Virus record (IMG/VR): IMGVR_UViG_3300046747_000237
Location: 1 to 60,075 of that record
Direction: 5' to 3' (one strand)
DNA length: 60,075 bases
From: a virus
Lineage: Duplodnaviria; Caudoviricetes
The notes below the pieces were generated by a model that was not told the origin of the DNA, did not search any database, and was given only the letters and a program-made list of their open reading frames with translations. Below, in pieces: positions 28,342 to 37,058 of this stretch (positions are counted from its first letter, which is position 1; every line of letters begins with the position of its first letter). Position numbers and translations under genes: made by a program.

Positions 28342-28654
28342 GATCCATTCTCCTTGCTCGTTGCTGTTTGGAAGCGAGCGCCCTCTCGACAGCTGGGCGC
28401 GTGATCTCAGGCTTGCTGCGGACCACTTCTAGAGCCGCCCTGCCCGCCTTTTTACGGCGTTTCTGCGGTAGGGCGGTCGGTCTGGGCGGCCTCCCTGGAA
28501 GTGGCAGGGCGAGGGCTTTCGAAGACCTCGCAGAAGCTCATCCAGAGCGCTCCCGAGGCGTCGCCGGTCGGCGCAAGCAGGGTCGCGTCGCCGCACTTGC
28601 CTGGTGCGCTGCACGCAAAGCGCATGCAGCGGACGCATAAGACCAATGCGTCGG

Positions 28655-29134
28655 TCATAGTGGCCGCTCCATCGGCCCGATCCACAAGTGGCCGAGTTCC
28701 GTCACGTCGAAGTCGTCCTCGATACATCGGTACCCGGTCGCGCATTCCACGACTTCGTAGACGTACGCCCTCGCGAATGGATGACGCTTGCACCAGTAGT
28801 AGCCCTCTGCTGATGGCGGCTGCGTTGTCCATGCCGGCTCAGGCTTCTCCATCGCTACGACGCCGTACGCGAACTCGCGCAGCGACTCGGGGCCGTTCAG
28901 GACCAGCAGGGCGGCCTCGAGCGCGTCGAGGGCGTTGGGGTGCCAGATAGACGCCAGCACCTCGAGCCGGCCGCTGCCCATCGTGGGGACCTGGAGCACA
29001 CGCGCCGATGTCACTTGGTCGTCGCTGTCCCAGTCGATGTCCACCTGGTGGATGTGCATGAGCCCGGACCCTGGACGCAGCCAAGCCTTCCGCGCCAGCG
29101 CCGTCAGCCTCTCCGTCCGCTTCTCGTCACTCAT
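28655..29134 (-). CDS. Hypothetical protein (159 aa)
   Basis: Part of the coupled leftward operon; WTTQPPSAEGYYW phage-type motif. Confidence 0.6.
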   Translation of the reverse strand: MSDEKRTERLTALARKAWLRPGSGLMHIHQVDIDWDSDDQVTSARVLQVPTMGSGRLEVLASIWHPNALDALEAALLVLNGPESLREFAYGVVAMEKPEPAWTTQPPSAEGYYWCKRHPFARAYVYEVVECATGYRCIEDDFDVTELGHLWIGPMERPL

Positions 29135-29325
29135 GACCGCTCCTGTTCCGCGATGATTCGCGCGACCTCGGCATCACAGCGCCTGCGGTTCTCGATGCCC
29201 TCCAGACGACGGCTCTCGCGAGTGCAGCAGTTGATGGTGAAGACGATCGCCCAGCCCGTGACGAGCGACCAGAACAGCCCGTAGGCGCCGACTGCGATGG
29301 TGTCGCTTTGCAGGAGGGCGATCAT
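29131..29325 (-). CDS. Small membrane protein
   Basis: One TM segment; ATGA coupling. Confidence 0.5.
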   Translation of the reverse strand: MIALLQSDTIAVGAYGLFWSLVTGWAIVFTINCCTRESRRLEGIENRRRCDAEVARIIAEQERS

Positions 29326-29555
29326 GTCTCCCTCCAGTCGTGGGCGCGCCCGTCGATCGTGGAGACCAGCTGCGAGACCCGGCTCGACAGCCCCGTAGGC
29401 GTGGATTGCCCGATGTGCTTGACCTGCATAGGCACGCTGACGAGCGCACTGCACACGTTGCACTGGGCCGATTCCACTGCCGTCCAGTGGTCGAGCAGCC
29501 GACGCTTGCCCGGCACCAGCGCGTCGGACTCGCAGACAGGGCAGTGAATGTTCAC
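29322..29555 (-). CDS. Zinc-ribbon protein
   Basis: CPVC...CNVC. Confidence 0.5.
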   Translation of the reverse strand: MNIHCPVCESDALVPGKRRLLDHWTAVESAQCNVCSALVSVPMQVKHIGQSTPTGLSSRVSQLVSTIDGRAHDWRET

Positions 29556-29776
29556 AGCTTCCTCCAGCCCATGACCCAGGCGCAGAGCCCGATGCCCAGC
29601 AGCAGACCGCCGATGGCGTCGGGGGTGCCCGTCGCGCCCGAGTAGTGCAGGATCCAAGCGGTGCAGCCGAGCAACATGCACCCGACTATGGTGTAGAGGA
29701 GTCTCCCCAGGAAGCCGACGACCCACTTGGCTCCACCGACTGCTGTTCCGACGATGCCTTGCTCTGCTTTGCCCAT
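29552..29776 (-). CDS. Small membrane protein (2 TM)
   Basis: AGGAGAG RBS; hydrophobic. Confidence 0.55.
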   Translation of the reverse strand: MGKAEQGIVGTAVGGAKWVVGFLGRLLYTIVGCMLLGCTAWILHYSGATGTPDAIGGLLLGIGLCAWVMGWRKL

Positions 29777-30111
29777 TTGAGTGCTCTCCTTGCTCGTTTT
29801 GCGTCGCGTTCTCTGCGGAGCTGTTCCTCGATCGCCCAGTGGGCGCGGAGGTAGCGGACGGTGTGCTCGTCCTCGATAGTCGCGGTCGGCCAGGCGATGG
29901 GCATGTCCGCATCGCAGGCGTTCCAGTCGCCGTCACTGCCGACGGCGTAGCGCTCCTCGCCCTGGTCGAGGTACTGCACCAGCCAGCGACCGTCGGCGGT
30001 GCGCCAAGCGCCGATGAACTCGCGTGGCGTGCCGAGCTGGTCGAGCAGCCAGATGACGAACCAGATCGAGAGGACGGCGCCTCCGACCAGGTGGGCGATG
30101 AGGGCGATCAT
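29686..30111 (-). CDS. Membrane-anchored hypothetical protein
   Basis: N-terminal TM; ORF track. Confidence 0.5.
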   Translation of the reverse strand: MIALIAHLVGGAVLSIWFVIWLLDQLGTPREFIGAWRTADGRWLVQYLDQGEERYAVGSDGDWNACDADMPIAWPTATIEDEHTVRYLRAHWAIEEQLRRERDAKRARRALKWAKQSKASSEQQSVEPSGSSASWGDSSTP

Positions 30112-30172
30112 CGGACGCCCCTGCCCATGCCGAGCTTGCGGAGCGACCAGCAGAGGGCTGTGAGGAGGACGC

Positions 30173-30490
30173 TCATTCGCCGCCTCGCAGCTTGGCGATG
30201 AGCGCCGCGAGGTCTTGCGGGTCGATGTGAGCCCGCTCGTTGGGCGCCGGGTCCCACACGCACTCTGCCTCGATCGCCGACAACACGCGCTCGCGCTCAG
30301 CGGCCTTGATCTGCTCTCCCTTGTCGAGCTCGCCGATGGCCAGCTGCGCGTCCCACGAGAGCCTCGAGACGCGCTGGAACTCGCCAGCCCAGTAGTCGGA
30401 GTACGGGCGGGTGAGCTCCTCGGTGAGGATGCGCTGCATCTCTGCGCGGTGCGTGTCGCGCAGGGCGACCAGTTCGTCTCGGCGGGTCAT
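30173..30490 (-). CDS. Hypothetical protein
   Basis: Coupled ORF. Confidence 0.6.
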   Translation of the reverse strand: MTRRDELVALRDTHRAEMQRILTEELTRPYSDYWAGEFQRVSRLSWDAQLAIGELDKGEQIKAAERERVLSAIEAECVWDPAPNERAHIDPQDLAALIAKLRGGE

Positions 30491-30834
30491 CGCGTCTTCT
30501 CCCGCGTCGTCACCTTCACGTACGCGTCGTAGAACTTGGCCAGGCTGAACTCGGCAGTGCTCGCCCGCATGTGGTCGAGCTTCGGCTGAACCGACGACCG
30601 CCAGCGGTGGAGGTGGCTCAGCAACGGCGCGACCTCGGCGAGCGCGAGCGCGCGCTCGGCCGCCAGCAGTTCGGGCACCCTGCCGCCCAGGTCGAGCAGC
30701 CGCGCCCGCTCGGCCTCCTCAGCCTCTCGGACTTGGTAGTTGAACTCCGAGCCGCAACGGCACTTCATCCAGCCATCGGGGAGCTTCTGTTCCGTGTGCT
30801 GTCCGCACGACGGGCACTGGAGGTAGTCGCTCAT
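30487..30834 (-). CDS. Zinc-finger hypothetical protein
   Basis: CPSC...CRC. Confidence 0.6.
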   Translation of the reverse strand: MSDYLQCPSCGQHTEQKLPDGWMKCRCGSEFNYQVREAEEAERARLLDLGGRVPELLAAERALALAEVAPLLSHLHRWRSSVQPKLDHMRASTAEFSLAKFYDAYVKVTTREKTR

Positions 30835-31124
30835 TCGCCCCTCCTCGCCGCTTCCTCAGCCTCTTTGTCTTCGTCCGCCTCGCGCAGCGCCGCGCGACGC
30901 TCACGACCGAGCCGCGACGCTACCGGCGACTCGTCCGTGGGGCGTGGGATGCCGTACCGCTCGTAGATGTCGCGTGCGTCCGCCTCGATGCTCTTGGCGG
31001 TGCGCTCGTCCGCGGCGTCGTCACTGTCGGCTGCGACGGGGGCTGCGGGCTTGTGTGGCTTGTCGGAGCTGCCGAGTAGGCAGCTGGCCATGGCGAGGAG
31101 CGCGAGGGCGATGAGGGCGGTCAT
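30831..31124 (-). CDS. Putative lipoprotein
   Basis: MTALIALALLAMASC signal/lipobox-like. Confidence 0.5.
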   Translation of the reverse strand: MTALIALALLAMASCLLGSSDKPHKPAAPVAADSDDAADERTAKSIEADARDIYERYGIPRPTDESPVASRLGRERRAALREADEDKEAEEAARRGE

Positions 31125-31486
31125 GGCTTCGCCTCCAGCCCTTCCGCAAGTCCCTTGGCCACGAGCGCGCCGCCCGCGGTGAGGCGGTATACGCGGCGGT
31201 GCATCGTCGGCCCCTGGTACTCACCGGGCCGAGCTGGCTGATACGCGAGACGCGACACGACCAGGCCCGCAGTCTCCAGCCCGTCGAGCAGCACGTAGAC
31301 GGTGCCGCGCCCGATCGAACCAGCGCAGCGGTCGTAGATGTCGGCGCCGAGCATGTCTCCGTGCTCTGACAGCAGGGAGAGGATCAGGCGCTGCTGGCGG
31401 TACGCGCGCGCCGCGAGGATGCGCCGGCCGAGCCAGCCGCCGAACAGCACGCCGGCCAGGGTGAGGGCGACGGATCCGGGGGTCAT
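31121..31486 (-). CDS. PadR-like wHTH regulator with N-terminal TM segment
   Basis: ILSLL...GADI...GTVYVLLDGLETAGLV...RRVYRLTAGG. Confidence 0.7.
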   Translation of the reverse strand: MTPGSVALTLAGVLFGGWLGRRILAARAYRQQRLILSLLSEHGDMLGADIYDRCAGSIGRGTVYVLLDGLETAGLVVSRLAYQPARPGEYQGPTMHRRVYRLTAGGALVAKGLAEGLEAKP

Positions 31487-32199
31487 GGGGACACCGTCGA
31501 GGTATCACGCCCACCAGGCGTCCCCACATTCGCCCAGGTCCGCCCCTTGATGGCGTCGCCGATTGCCCAGCGTGAAACGCCGAAGCGCGCGCCGACCTGC
31601 GCGTAGGACTGCCCCATCGCAACCAACTCGCGCACCTTGGGGATGTCGCTCTCGGCAAGCTTCGACGCGCCCCGAGCGCGCGGGAAGTCGTGCCGGCGCC
31701 TGTCGGCCGCGTTCTCACTCTTGGTGCCCCAGCGAAGGTTTACCGGCCATCGGTTGTCGCCGCGAACGCCGTTGTAGTGGCGGCACTCCATGCCAGCCGG
31801 GCAAGGCCCCTCGAACGCCTCGAGCACGAGCACGTGGACGAGCTTCTTCGCCTTGGCGCCACCCGAAAGCATCAGGTCGACGCGAGCGTAGCCAGCCTTC
31901 GAATCGGGCTTGAGCACCAGCCCGGTCTCGCCGTTGCGCACCGTCCCGTAGGCGCTGACCTCGTAGCGCGTGCCGGCAACAGGCTTCCAGCCCTCTGGAA
32001 TGGGCTGTGACAGACGCTGTGACAGAGCAGGCGCTAGATCGTGCTGGCTGGGGCCATCTGGCGCCGCGCAGTCTGCCGCGTTTACCGGGCCTTTTGCCGT
32101 AAAACTCGGCGCTCCCACCAGGAGTCGAACCTGGGACCTTTCGCTTAGGAAGCGACTCGCGTTTAAGTCTTTGGCGTCGTTTCGGGGTCTGTTTTCCAT
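31483..32199 (-). CDS. NUMOD4-HNH endonuclease with C-terminal HTH; 5' end spans attP
   Basis: EGWKPVAG.RYEVSAYG.VR; VHVLVLEAFEG...CRHYNGVRGDN..NLRWGT.SEN; GAGG RBS before ATG32199. Confidence 0.85.
   Translation of the reverse strand: MENRPRNDAKDLNASRFLSERSQVRLLVGAPSFTAKGPVNAADCAAPDGPSQHDLAPALSQRLSQPIPEGWKPVAGTRYEVSAYGTVRNGETGLVLKPDSKAGYARVDLMLSGGAKAKKLVHVLVLEAFEGPCPAGMECRHYNGVRGDNRWPVNLRWGTKSENAADRRRHDFPRARGASKLAESDIPKVRELVAMGQSYAQVGARFGVSRWAIGDAIKGRTWANVGTPGGRDTSTVSP
32004..32025. promoter_or_regulatory. Integrase arm-type site pair
   Basis: GCTGTGACAG at 32004 and 32016 (12-bp period). Confidence 0.7.
32108..32156 (-). other. attP core: 3' half of a tRNA-Arg(CCT)
   Basis: Minus strand TCGC-TTCCTAA-GCGA anticodon arm, CCAGG-TTCGACT-CCTGG T arm, TGGGAGC-G-CC acceptor; no D arm or 5' half; adjacent to the integrase. 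Confidence 0.85.
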
Positions 32200-32208
32200 G
32201 GCTGAACC

Positions 32209-33342
32209 TCAGTTGAGAGAGGAGGCTGAAGACTGGGCTGTAACAGCGGCTGTAACAGGGTCGATCCTGGTGGCCGCCGCGATCTTGGAAACGGCGCTGG
32301 CCATGCTCACGCGGTCGAGGTGGCCGTAGACGGCGCGCACCATCACCGTGCTCTCGTGGCCCATCAGCTCGGCGCAAACGCGCTCCGGGACGCCTGCCTG
32401 GCACAGCCACGAGCAGAAGGTCCGCCGCAGGTCGTTGGGTGTCACTCGGGCGATTCCAGCGCGCACGCAAGCCCTGGCAAGGTCTCGGACGCACGATCCG
32501 TCGGTCCACTCTGGGAAGGGCTTGGCGAGCACGCAGCGGCGGCGCAGCACCTCGGCAGCCTCTGGGTTGACGGGCACCAACCGGTCGGCGCCGTCGGTCT
32601 TGGTCCCGCGGACCCGAAGCTCGAGGCGCTTGGCGTCGAAGTCGTCTGGCTGCATGTCGGAGAGCTCGGACTTGCGTAGCCCGAGGTGGCAGTACGCGAT
32701 GACGTAGTCCCGTCGATCTTGCCGGTCGGCACGGCGGCGCAATGTCTTCGGAACGCGCTGGTTGCGTGTCGGCACGGGGTTGGGAGCAAGCGCGTCGAGT
32801 AGCGCCTCGTACTCCCCGCGGGTCATCCAGCGGTCTCGCGGCTTGTAGACGCCCGTCAGTTCGTCGGGAAAGTAATGCGTCGGGCTGCGGCTCGGGCGGT
32901 ACAGGCCCAGCTTTTCCGCGCGTCGCATCGCCTGGGTGAGGGTCTTGATCTCCTTCGCGACCGTATGCCGGTGGGCACCATCCTTGATGCGGGTCCGCAT
33001 GTAGCTGGTGGTGTCCGCGAGCGTGACCGATGCCAGCGGCGTGCTGCTGCCCAAGTGCTCGATCAGGTGCCGAGCGTGGTAGGTGCTCGCGCGGACCGTT
33101 GCCGGCGCGCGCTTCGCGTCCCGCTGGTACTTCAGGACGAGATCGAGGGCGGTGCTCACCGTGAGCCTCGCTTCCTCTTTCCAACCGGCGTCAACAACAA
33201 AGCGTCGCTCAATTTCTCGAGCGGCAAGCTTCGCGGCAGCCGGTTCGGTTTGCTTCGTCGACTCGTGCCAACGCTTCCCGTCGACGCCTCGTCCACAGCA
33301 CCAGAGGAACCGGGTTCCCTTCTTTTTGTAGATGCTCGGCAC
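32209..33342 (-). CDS. int: Tyrosine recombinase (integrase)
   Basis: GLRKSEL, TKT, NDLRR, LMGH, VYGH catalytic boxes; start GTG33342 (or 33372). Confidence 0.92.
   Translation of the reverse strand: MPSIYKKKGTRFLWCCGRGVDGKRWHESTKQTEPAAAKLAAREIERRFVVDAGWKEEARLTVSTALDLVLKYQRDAKRAPATVRASTYHARHLIEHLGSSTPLASVTLADTTSYMRTRIKDGAHRHTVAKEIKTLTQAMRRAEKLGLYRPSRSPTHYFPDELTGVYKPRDRWMTRGEYEALLDALAPNPVPTRNQRVPKTLRRRADRQDRRDYVIAYCHLGLRKSELSDMQPDDFDAKRLELRVRGTKTDGADRLVPVNPEAAEVLRRRCVLAKPFPEWTDGSCVRDLARACVRAGIARVTPNDLRRTFCSWLCQAGVPERVCAELMGHESTVMVRAVYGHLDRVSMASAVSKIAAATRIDPVTAAVTAQSSASSLN
32237..32258. promoter_or_regulatory. Integrase arm-type site pair
   Basis: GCTGTAACAG at 32237 and 32249 (12-bp period). 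Confidence 0.7.
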
Positions 33343-33551
33343 TGGTACTCGTTGCCTCCGCTTTTGAACCACCGGTCGATCACGTCGGTGCTGATCTTGA
33401 GGAGCTTCCCGACTCGCACATGCGGAAGGGAAAGCATGATCTCGCGCGCCTTGTGGTCTTTGACGCCAACCAGTTCGCAGACCTCTTTGACGCTGAGTAG
33501 CAGCCGCGAGCGAACCTCACGCGTGCGCATATTCTCGGCCGCATTACTCAT
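33156..33551 (-). CDS. Excisionase-like HTH protein
   Basis: LLSVKEVCELVGV...PHVRVGKLLKI...IDRW; upstream of int. Confidence 0.7.
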   Translation of the reverse strand: MSNAAENMRTREVRSRLLLSVKEVCELVGVKDHKAREIMLSLPHVRVGKLLKISTDVIDRWFKSGGNEYQCRASTKRREPGSSGAVDEASTGSVGTSRRSKPNRLPRSLPLEKLSDALLLTPVGKRKRGSR

Positions 33552-33747
33552 GGCTAGGCCCCCTCAAGAACGCCTCGATCGTCTCCACCCGAAACCGGTG
33601 CCCCGCCAGCGACGCCCCGCTCTTCCCACGATGGTCCGGCACGATGCGCCCGCGCCTGACCAGCGCACGCACGCCGCTCACGGTGAGCTTGAGCCGCTTG
33701 GCGACCTCGCTGGTGGTGAGCCACTCGGTGGTGATGGCGTCAGACAT
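33544..33747 (-). CDS. Second excisionase/MerR-like HTH protein
   Basis: WLTTSEVAKRLKL....VRALVRRGRI...HRF...IEAF. Confidence 0.75.
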   Translation of the reverse strand: MSDAITTEWLTTSEVAKRLKLTVSGVRALVRRGRIVPDHRGKSGASLAGHRFRVETIEAFLRGPSHE

Positions 33748-34213
33748 CGCCCGCCACACTCGCCGCAAGCTCTGCCAGCCCCTTAGTGTCGAACCGTACG
33801 TAGCTGATCGTCTTGTACGATTCGCCGTAGGACGACGAAGCCCGCTCACCTCTCTTGTCGCGCTCGTACTTTACCAGCGACGGGCTGACGTCGTTCGAGA
33901 GCGAACAGTCGAAGCCGAGCCACCAAAGGTGCTCAGGCTCGCCCGGCTCCGGCACGTGGCAGAGTGGCGGCGAGCACTCATTGGCGTACGTGAGCCCGCC
34001 GTTCACGGCGATGTCGTCGCACATGGAGTGGACGTCGCCCTCACTCTTGCCGTGCCACGGGTGGCCAGGAGGCACGCCCACGTAGCCGCAGAGCGCACCC
34101 AGGCCATTACGGTGGATCAGGCACACGAAGCCCGCGTGTCGAAACTCGACGTGATCGGGCTCGTCCATCCACTCGCCGGGGCCGAACTTTGCAAGCTTCT
34201 CTTCGTTGGTCAT
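33740..34213 (-). CDS. Conserved-type phage hypothetical protein
   Basis: CGYVGVPPGHPW...VNGGLTY...WWLGFDC motif. Confidence 0.7.
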   Translation of the reverse strand: MTNEEKLAKFGPGEWMDEPDHVEFRHAGFVCLIHRNGLGALCGYVGVPPGHPWHGKSEGDVHSMCDDIAVNGGLTYANECSPPLCHVPEPGEPEHLWWLGFDCSLSNDVSPSLVKYERDKRGERASSSYGESYKTISYVRFDTKGLAELAASVAGDV

Positions 34214-34361
34214 GGTCGAGCTCCTCTCATCTGCACGAGCTGTCGCAGCGTCGGCAGGTTCTTTGCGGCCTGGTAACACGGGGTGCACAGGAGCTTTCCA
34301 GCGAGCTGCCACAGCGTGTGCGAGCCTTTGCCGCCTGCGTCGCAGGGGGTGAGTTGGTCGG

Positions 34362-34649
34362 TCATGGCTCCACCCGGTTGATGAGCGCGTTCAGGCGGGC
34401 GACCTCGGAGAGAAGTCGACGCACGTCTGCAGGCGCTTGCGCCAGGATCTCCGCGACGCATGCGCTCGTCAGCATCATCTCGCTGCACCGCACGTGATCA
34501 GTCGTCAGCCAGACGGCGTGGCCCTCCTCCGGGTGCTCGCCAAAATCGCCAAGCGGCCAGTCCTGCATGGCATCGTCGAGGCCCTTGGCTAGGCGCAGCG
34601 GCGGCATGTCGCGCCAGCGCTCGATGATGGCTTCGATGGTTCTCGGCAT
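34362..34649 (-). CDS. Hypothetical protein
   Basis: Coupled ORF. Confidence 0.55.
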   Translation of the reverse strand: MPRTIEAIIERWRDMPPLRLAKGLDDAMQDWPLGDFGEHPEEGHAVWLTTDHVRCSEMMLTSACVAEILAQAPADVRRLLSEVARLNALINRVEP

Positions 34650-34837
34650 CACTTCGCCATCCTCTCCAACACGCCCCGCGTCTCCTCGATCTGCGTCCAC
34701 AGTCCCCGCGCGTCTCCGAGCAGGTTCTCGCTGGCCCTGGCGACGCTCATCGCCAGCCGCACCAGCGACTCAGCTTCGAGGCGCTCGACGTCGAGGGAGG
34801 CGGTGCTGTGCAGGGCGTCGGTGATGGGGCGGGTCAT
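34649..34837 (-). CDS. Hypothetical protein
   Basis: Coupled ORF (MTRPITDAL...). Confidence 0.5.
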   Translation of the reverse strand: MTRPITDALHSTASLDVERLEAESLVRLAMSVARASENLLGDARGLWTQIEETRGVLERMAK

Positions 34838-35274
34838 GGCGCCACCGGACGAGCGCGATTGCCTGCCTGGCGCTCGGTGATGCCAGCGAACGTCTGCTCG
34901 ACGCGGGTGCGGAGCAGTGCGACGTCGTCGAGGCTGCGCAGGGTCGCCGTCCCGAACATCGTCGTGACCATGCGTGGCAGTACGATGAGCACGGTGATCG
35001 TTTCTTCTGTCGGGAGGTCGTCGGTGGGAGCCAGGCAGTTCGCCTCGCGGTAGGCGCGCGGGTCCGTCCAAAGCTTCTCGGCGTCGTCCAGGTTCATGTA
35101 GCTTCCGTGGACGCCGCTCGTGCTGAGGAATACCCAGTTGATGTCGTCCGGTTCGAGGTCGCGCAGAATCTCCATCGCGTCTCCCATGATCTCGTTGGTC
35201 GTGTAGTGGCTCCCTGCCTCTACAGGTCGGCCATGACGGTCGACGTTTCGAAGCGGCCATGCGCCCTCGGTCAC
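34834..35274 (-). CDS. Hypothetical protein
   Basis: GTG start coupled to the upstream stop; NWVFLSTSGVHG. Confidence 0.6.
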   Translation of the reverse strand: MTEGAWPLRNVDRHGRPVEAGSHYTTNEIMGDAMEILRDLEPDDINWVFLSTSGVHGSYMNLDDAEKLWTDPRAYREANCLAPTDDLPTEETITVLIVLPRMVTTMFGTATLRSLDDVALLRTRVEQTFAGITERQAGNRARPVAP

Positions 35275-35573
35275 GTCGCCACCTTCGCGAGCTCTTCCCG
35301 CAGCCGCGTGTTCTCTTCCATGACGCGGTCGACGTACTCCCAGAGGCTCTGCACACCCGCCACCAGCTCGGCGCCAGTCACGCCAGCGTCGTGCATGTCG
35401 GCGGGGCGCTCGGAGTCGCCCTCCGGCCACAGCGCCTCGGCGATCTGCATCATCTCGGCAGAGATCTCGATGAGCGAGTTTTCCTTGGACCGGCATTCCG
35501 CTAAGAGCTCGTCCATGGTGAGGTTGGGCAGCACGCCGTGGGTGCGGATGTAGCTGACGGTGGCGGGGGTCAT
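35271..35573 (-). CDS. Hypothetical protein
   Basis: AAGGAG RBS. Confidence 0.6.
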   Translation of the reverse strand: MTPATVSYIRTHGVLPNLTMDELLAECRSKENSLIEISAEMMQIAEALWPEGDSERPADMHDAGVTGAELVAGVQSLWEYVDRVMEENTRLREELAKVAT

Positions 35574-35660
35574 GGTGGTGTCTCCTTCGGTGGTCGCTGG
35601 TCGCGCTTCCGATACAGCGCAGCAACGTGTGCTGCTGCGCTGAGGCAGGGCGCGATCGGG

Positions 35661-36182
35661 TTAAAATGGGATGCTGTCCTCGTCGTCTGGCGGGCCGTCG
35701 TACGGCATGTCGGCGAAACCACCGGTCGGCTTGGCTGGCTCGGCGGCGCGAGCGGCTACCGGTGCCACGCCGTAGTTGCGCGCACTGTCGCGCGTGAGTC
35801 GCGCCATGCTCTCCGAGAACTTCTGCAGCTGCTCTGCGTTCATCGGGTTCTTCAGCATCAGGCGCGGCGGCCGGTTGACGAACCGCACCTCTTCGTAGGT
35901 CTTCTCGCCGTCCTTCCGAGCCTCGAGCACAACCTCGACCTCAGAGGTGCCCATGCCGGACATGTCGCCGAACGTCTCGCCGACCCATCCGCAGTGACGC
36001 AGCGACCTGAGCGTATGCTCCACCGAGTTGCTCGACAGGAAGCCAGTCCACTGTCGCGACTGGCCGGCCTTATCGCCACTGCGGAGCTCGAACAGCACCT
36101 TGACGACTTCGTAACCACCAACGACGTCGAAGTCCCACGACGTCGCCACTGCCTTGCACGTTGTTTGGTTCTCTTTGAGCAT
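35661..36182 (-). CDS. Single-stranded DNA-binding protein (putative)
   Basis: Acidic tail ending DDEDSIPF; follows the exonuclease/annealase pair. Confidence 0.7.
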   Translation of the reverse strand: MLKENQTTCKAVATSWDFDVVGGYEVVKVLFELRSGDKAGQSRQWTGFLSSNSVEHTLRSLRHCGWVGETFGDMSGMGTSEVEVVLEARKDGEKTYEEVRFVNRPPRLMLKNPMNAEQLQKFSESMARLTRDSARNYGVAPVAARAAEPAKPTGGFADMPYDGPPDDEDSIPF

Positions 36183-36194
36183 ATCCAGCCTCTC

Positions 36195-37058
36195 TTACGC
36201 TGCTTCGTCTTCTGCTTCGTCGTGGTGCGACCGGTCCTCATCGCCCCACCGCGGGGGCGTTGGCAATGCGATGAGCTCGCGCTCGACGCGTGGCCACAGG
36301 CCGGATGCGTAGTGCCCGCGCAGTCTGATCAACTGCCGCTCAGTCCAGCGCCAGCCCTGGTCGAGCCACTCGGGCGTGAGCTCGACGACCTGGCAGCGGA
36401 AGGGGATGGTCTTCTCGCAGACGAGCAGGAAGTGCCTCGAGCCCAGCACGTCCCACGCCTGGCGGCAGATCGAGCCCTGAGCGTCGTAGCGGTATTTGAT
36501 CACGCCTCGCCCGCTCGTGATGTCAGAGAGAGACTGCGCGCTCTTCAGGTCGAGCGAGAACGGCGCATAGCCGCTCGCAAGGCACCCTTCCGCGCTCAGG
36601 TAGTCGGGCCGGCTCTGAATGCCCGGCGTGCCAGGGAACGGGCCGCGGAGGGTCACCTGCTTCACGCACGCGTTCACCATCTCCACGGCGGTCTCGTTCT
36701 CTTCCAGGGCCGCACGCATGGCCATGCAGCTGTCGAGCTCTTCCTCGGTGACGAACGAGCGACCCGCGGCCAGGTGCGCATCGCGCCACTTCTTGTCCTC
36801 GTTCGACCGGAACTCGCGATCCTTGATGACGAGCTTCCCGTCCGCATTGAAGCCGCGGCCCTGCACGATGTCCTCGAACACCTGCCCGAAGATCAGGGCC
36901 TCCCGGTTCTTCGTCTCTGGCGTCGAGCGCAGCACGTGCTTCGTGTAGAAGCCGTACGCGCCGAGCTGCTCGAACGTCTTGAGCTTGTTCGCCCCGAGCC
37001 TCGGGGAGGCGTGGTAGTCCTCGAGCGACACGTCGAGGCTGAAATTGCGCTCGATCAC
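36195..37058 (-). CDS. RecE/ExoVIII-like PD-(D/E)XK exonuclease
   Basis: EDYH, FG..F, SRPD, DLKS, Y.Y..Q motifs. Confidence 0.8.
   Translation of the reverse strand: MIERNFSLDVSLEDYHASPRLGANKLKTFEQLGAYGFYTKHVLRSTPETKNREALIFGQVFEDIVQGRGFNADGKLVIKDREFRSNEDKKWRDAHLAAGRSFVTEEELDSCMAMRAALEENETAVEMVNACVKQVTLRGPFPGTPGIQSRPDYLSAEGCLASGYAPFSLDLKSAQSLSDITSGRGVIKYRYDAQGSICRQAWDVLGSRHFLLVCEKTIPFRCQVVELTPEWLDQGWRWTERQLIRLRGHYASGLWPRVERELIALPTPPRWGDEDRSHHDEAEDEAA

Noticed and set aside
32108-32180. Intact tRNA-Arg gene
   Set aside because: Only the anticodon, T and 3' acceptor parts are present, with no D arm or 5' acceptor strand; better explained as attP
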